Origin: Heteronotia binoei
Taxonomy: Eukaryota
Assembly: GCF_032191835.1 (NCBI RefSeq)
Contig: NC_083228.1
Span: 109,802,001 to 109,866,000, forward strand
Length of the DNA stretch: 64,000 nt
Reading direction: 5' to 3'
Shown: in pieces, positions 63,481-64,000 of the stretch
How positions within the stretch are numbered: the stretch's first letter is position 1
Layout: every line of letters starts with the position of its first letter
Notes under the pieces: generated by a model
What the model was told of the DNA's origin: nothing
Databases searched by the model: none
What the model saw: only the letters and a program-made list of their open reading frames with translations
Position numbers and translations under genes: made by a program

Positions 63481-64000
63481 GTCAGACGATGGGATCTCAA
63501 ATTAACCAGACCTTGAATTGTTGCAAAGTTAGGCTTTATTTGATAATCCATAAGCATCAGCATGAAGGAAAATTGAGACTGATACATTGTAGCAGTAGGA
63601 AGCAGGCTATAAGGGAATACATTAAAGGGAACTACACAAAGCCACAATTCTAAACATTGCTGAGTTGAGGTGCAAAGATTCACACGGTCTCCTTCTCTTA
63701 TCGTTACGGTTAGTCTTCCGGGGATGGCCAAGCGGCTGTCCCTGGAGGTGCTTTATCTTCAAAGGGGAATTTCTGCCTTTGTTAGTATCAAGGGAAAGAA
63801 ATATTCACACCAGGCATTAGCAACAATCTACAACTCTCTACTTTGATATGCAAGGCCTTTCTCATGGTTAGTAACAGCGTTTCAAGATGGCGACAGTTCA
63901 GCTAAGTCTTTTATTTCAGAGAAGTTACATCGGCTGACAAAAGGCAATAAAACTGTCAGAATTGGAGAATGATGATGACAGTCCACAAAGGCAATAAATG

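Noticed and set aside
36000-64000. SUCNR1 or a second AADAC-family paralog
   Set aside because: No long GPCR-like ORF and no second HGGG, YRLAP or GDSAG exon seen on either strand; a very short first exon cannot be excluded.

Overview
Vertebrate (squamate, most likely gecko; inferred from Sauria-SINE, Squam3-like, 5S-headed SINE and gecko-type hAT/CR1 repeats) genomic DNA. It contains one complete, apparently intact protein-coding gene on the + strand: an arylacetamide deacetylase (AADAC or a close AADACL2-like paralog). The gene has 5 coding exons (3972-4109, 17047-17269, 25968-26037, 30840-31011, 35198-35806; 1212 nt, 403 aa), all introns are GT-AG, and HGGG, GDSAG and the S189/D343/H373 triad fall at the same residue numbers as in human AADAC. 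The rest is transposon-rich intron and intergenic DNA: L1, CR1, L2 and RTE LINE fragments, Penelope-like elements, several SINE families, hAT MITEs (many with recognisable 8-bp target-site duplications) and a cluster of solo LTRs at 56.8-61.3 kb. I found no clearly new multi-gene system. The best second-look candidates are: (1) a hAT element that appears to carry a captured, decaying CpG-island/first-exon fragment; (2) a 104-bp near-perfect inverted duplication in intron 2 with a single A-C mismatch; (3) an intact minimal hammerhead ribozyme in a nested Penelope insertion; (4) a divergent CTCF motif pair downstream of the gene; (5) an orphan CpG-undepleted promoter-like patch at 51 kb. All coordinates and alignments were read by eye and repeat-family names are unverified; the N gap suggests a draft assembly, so near-perfect duplications need read support.
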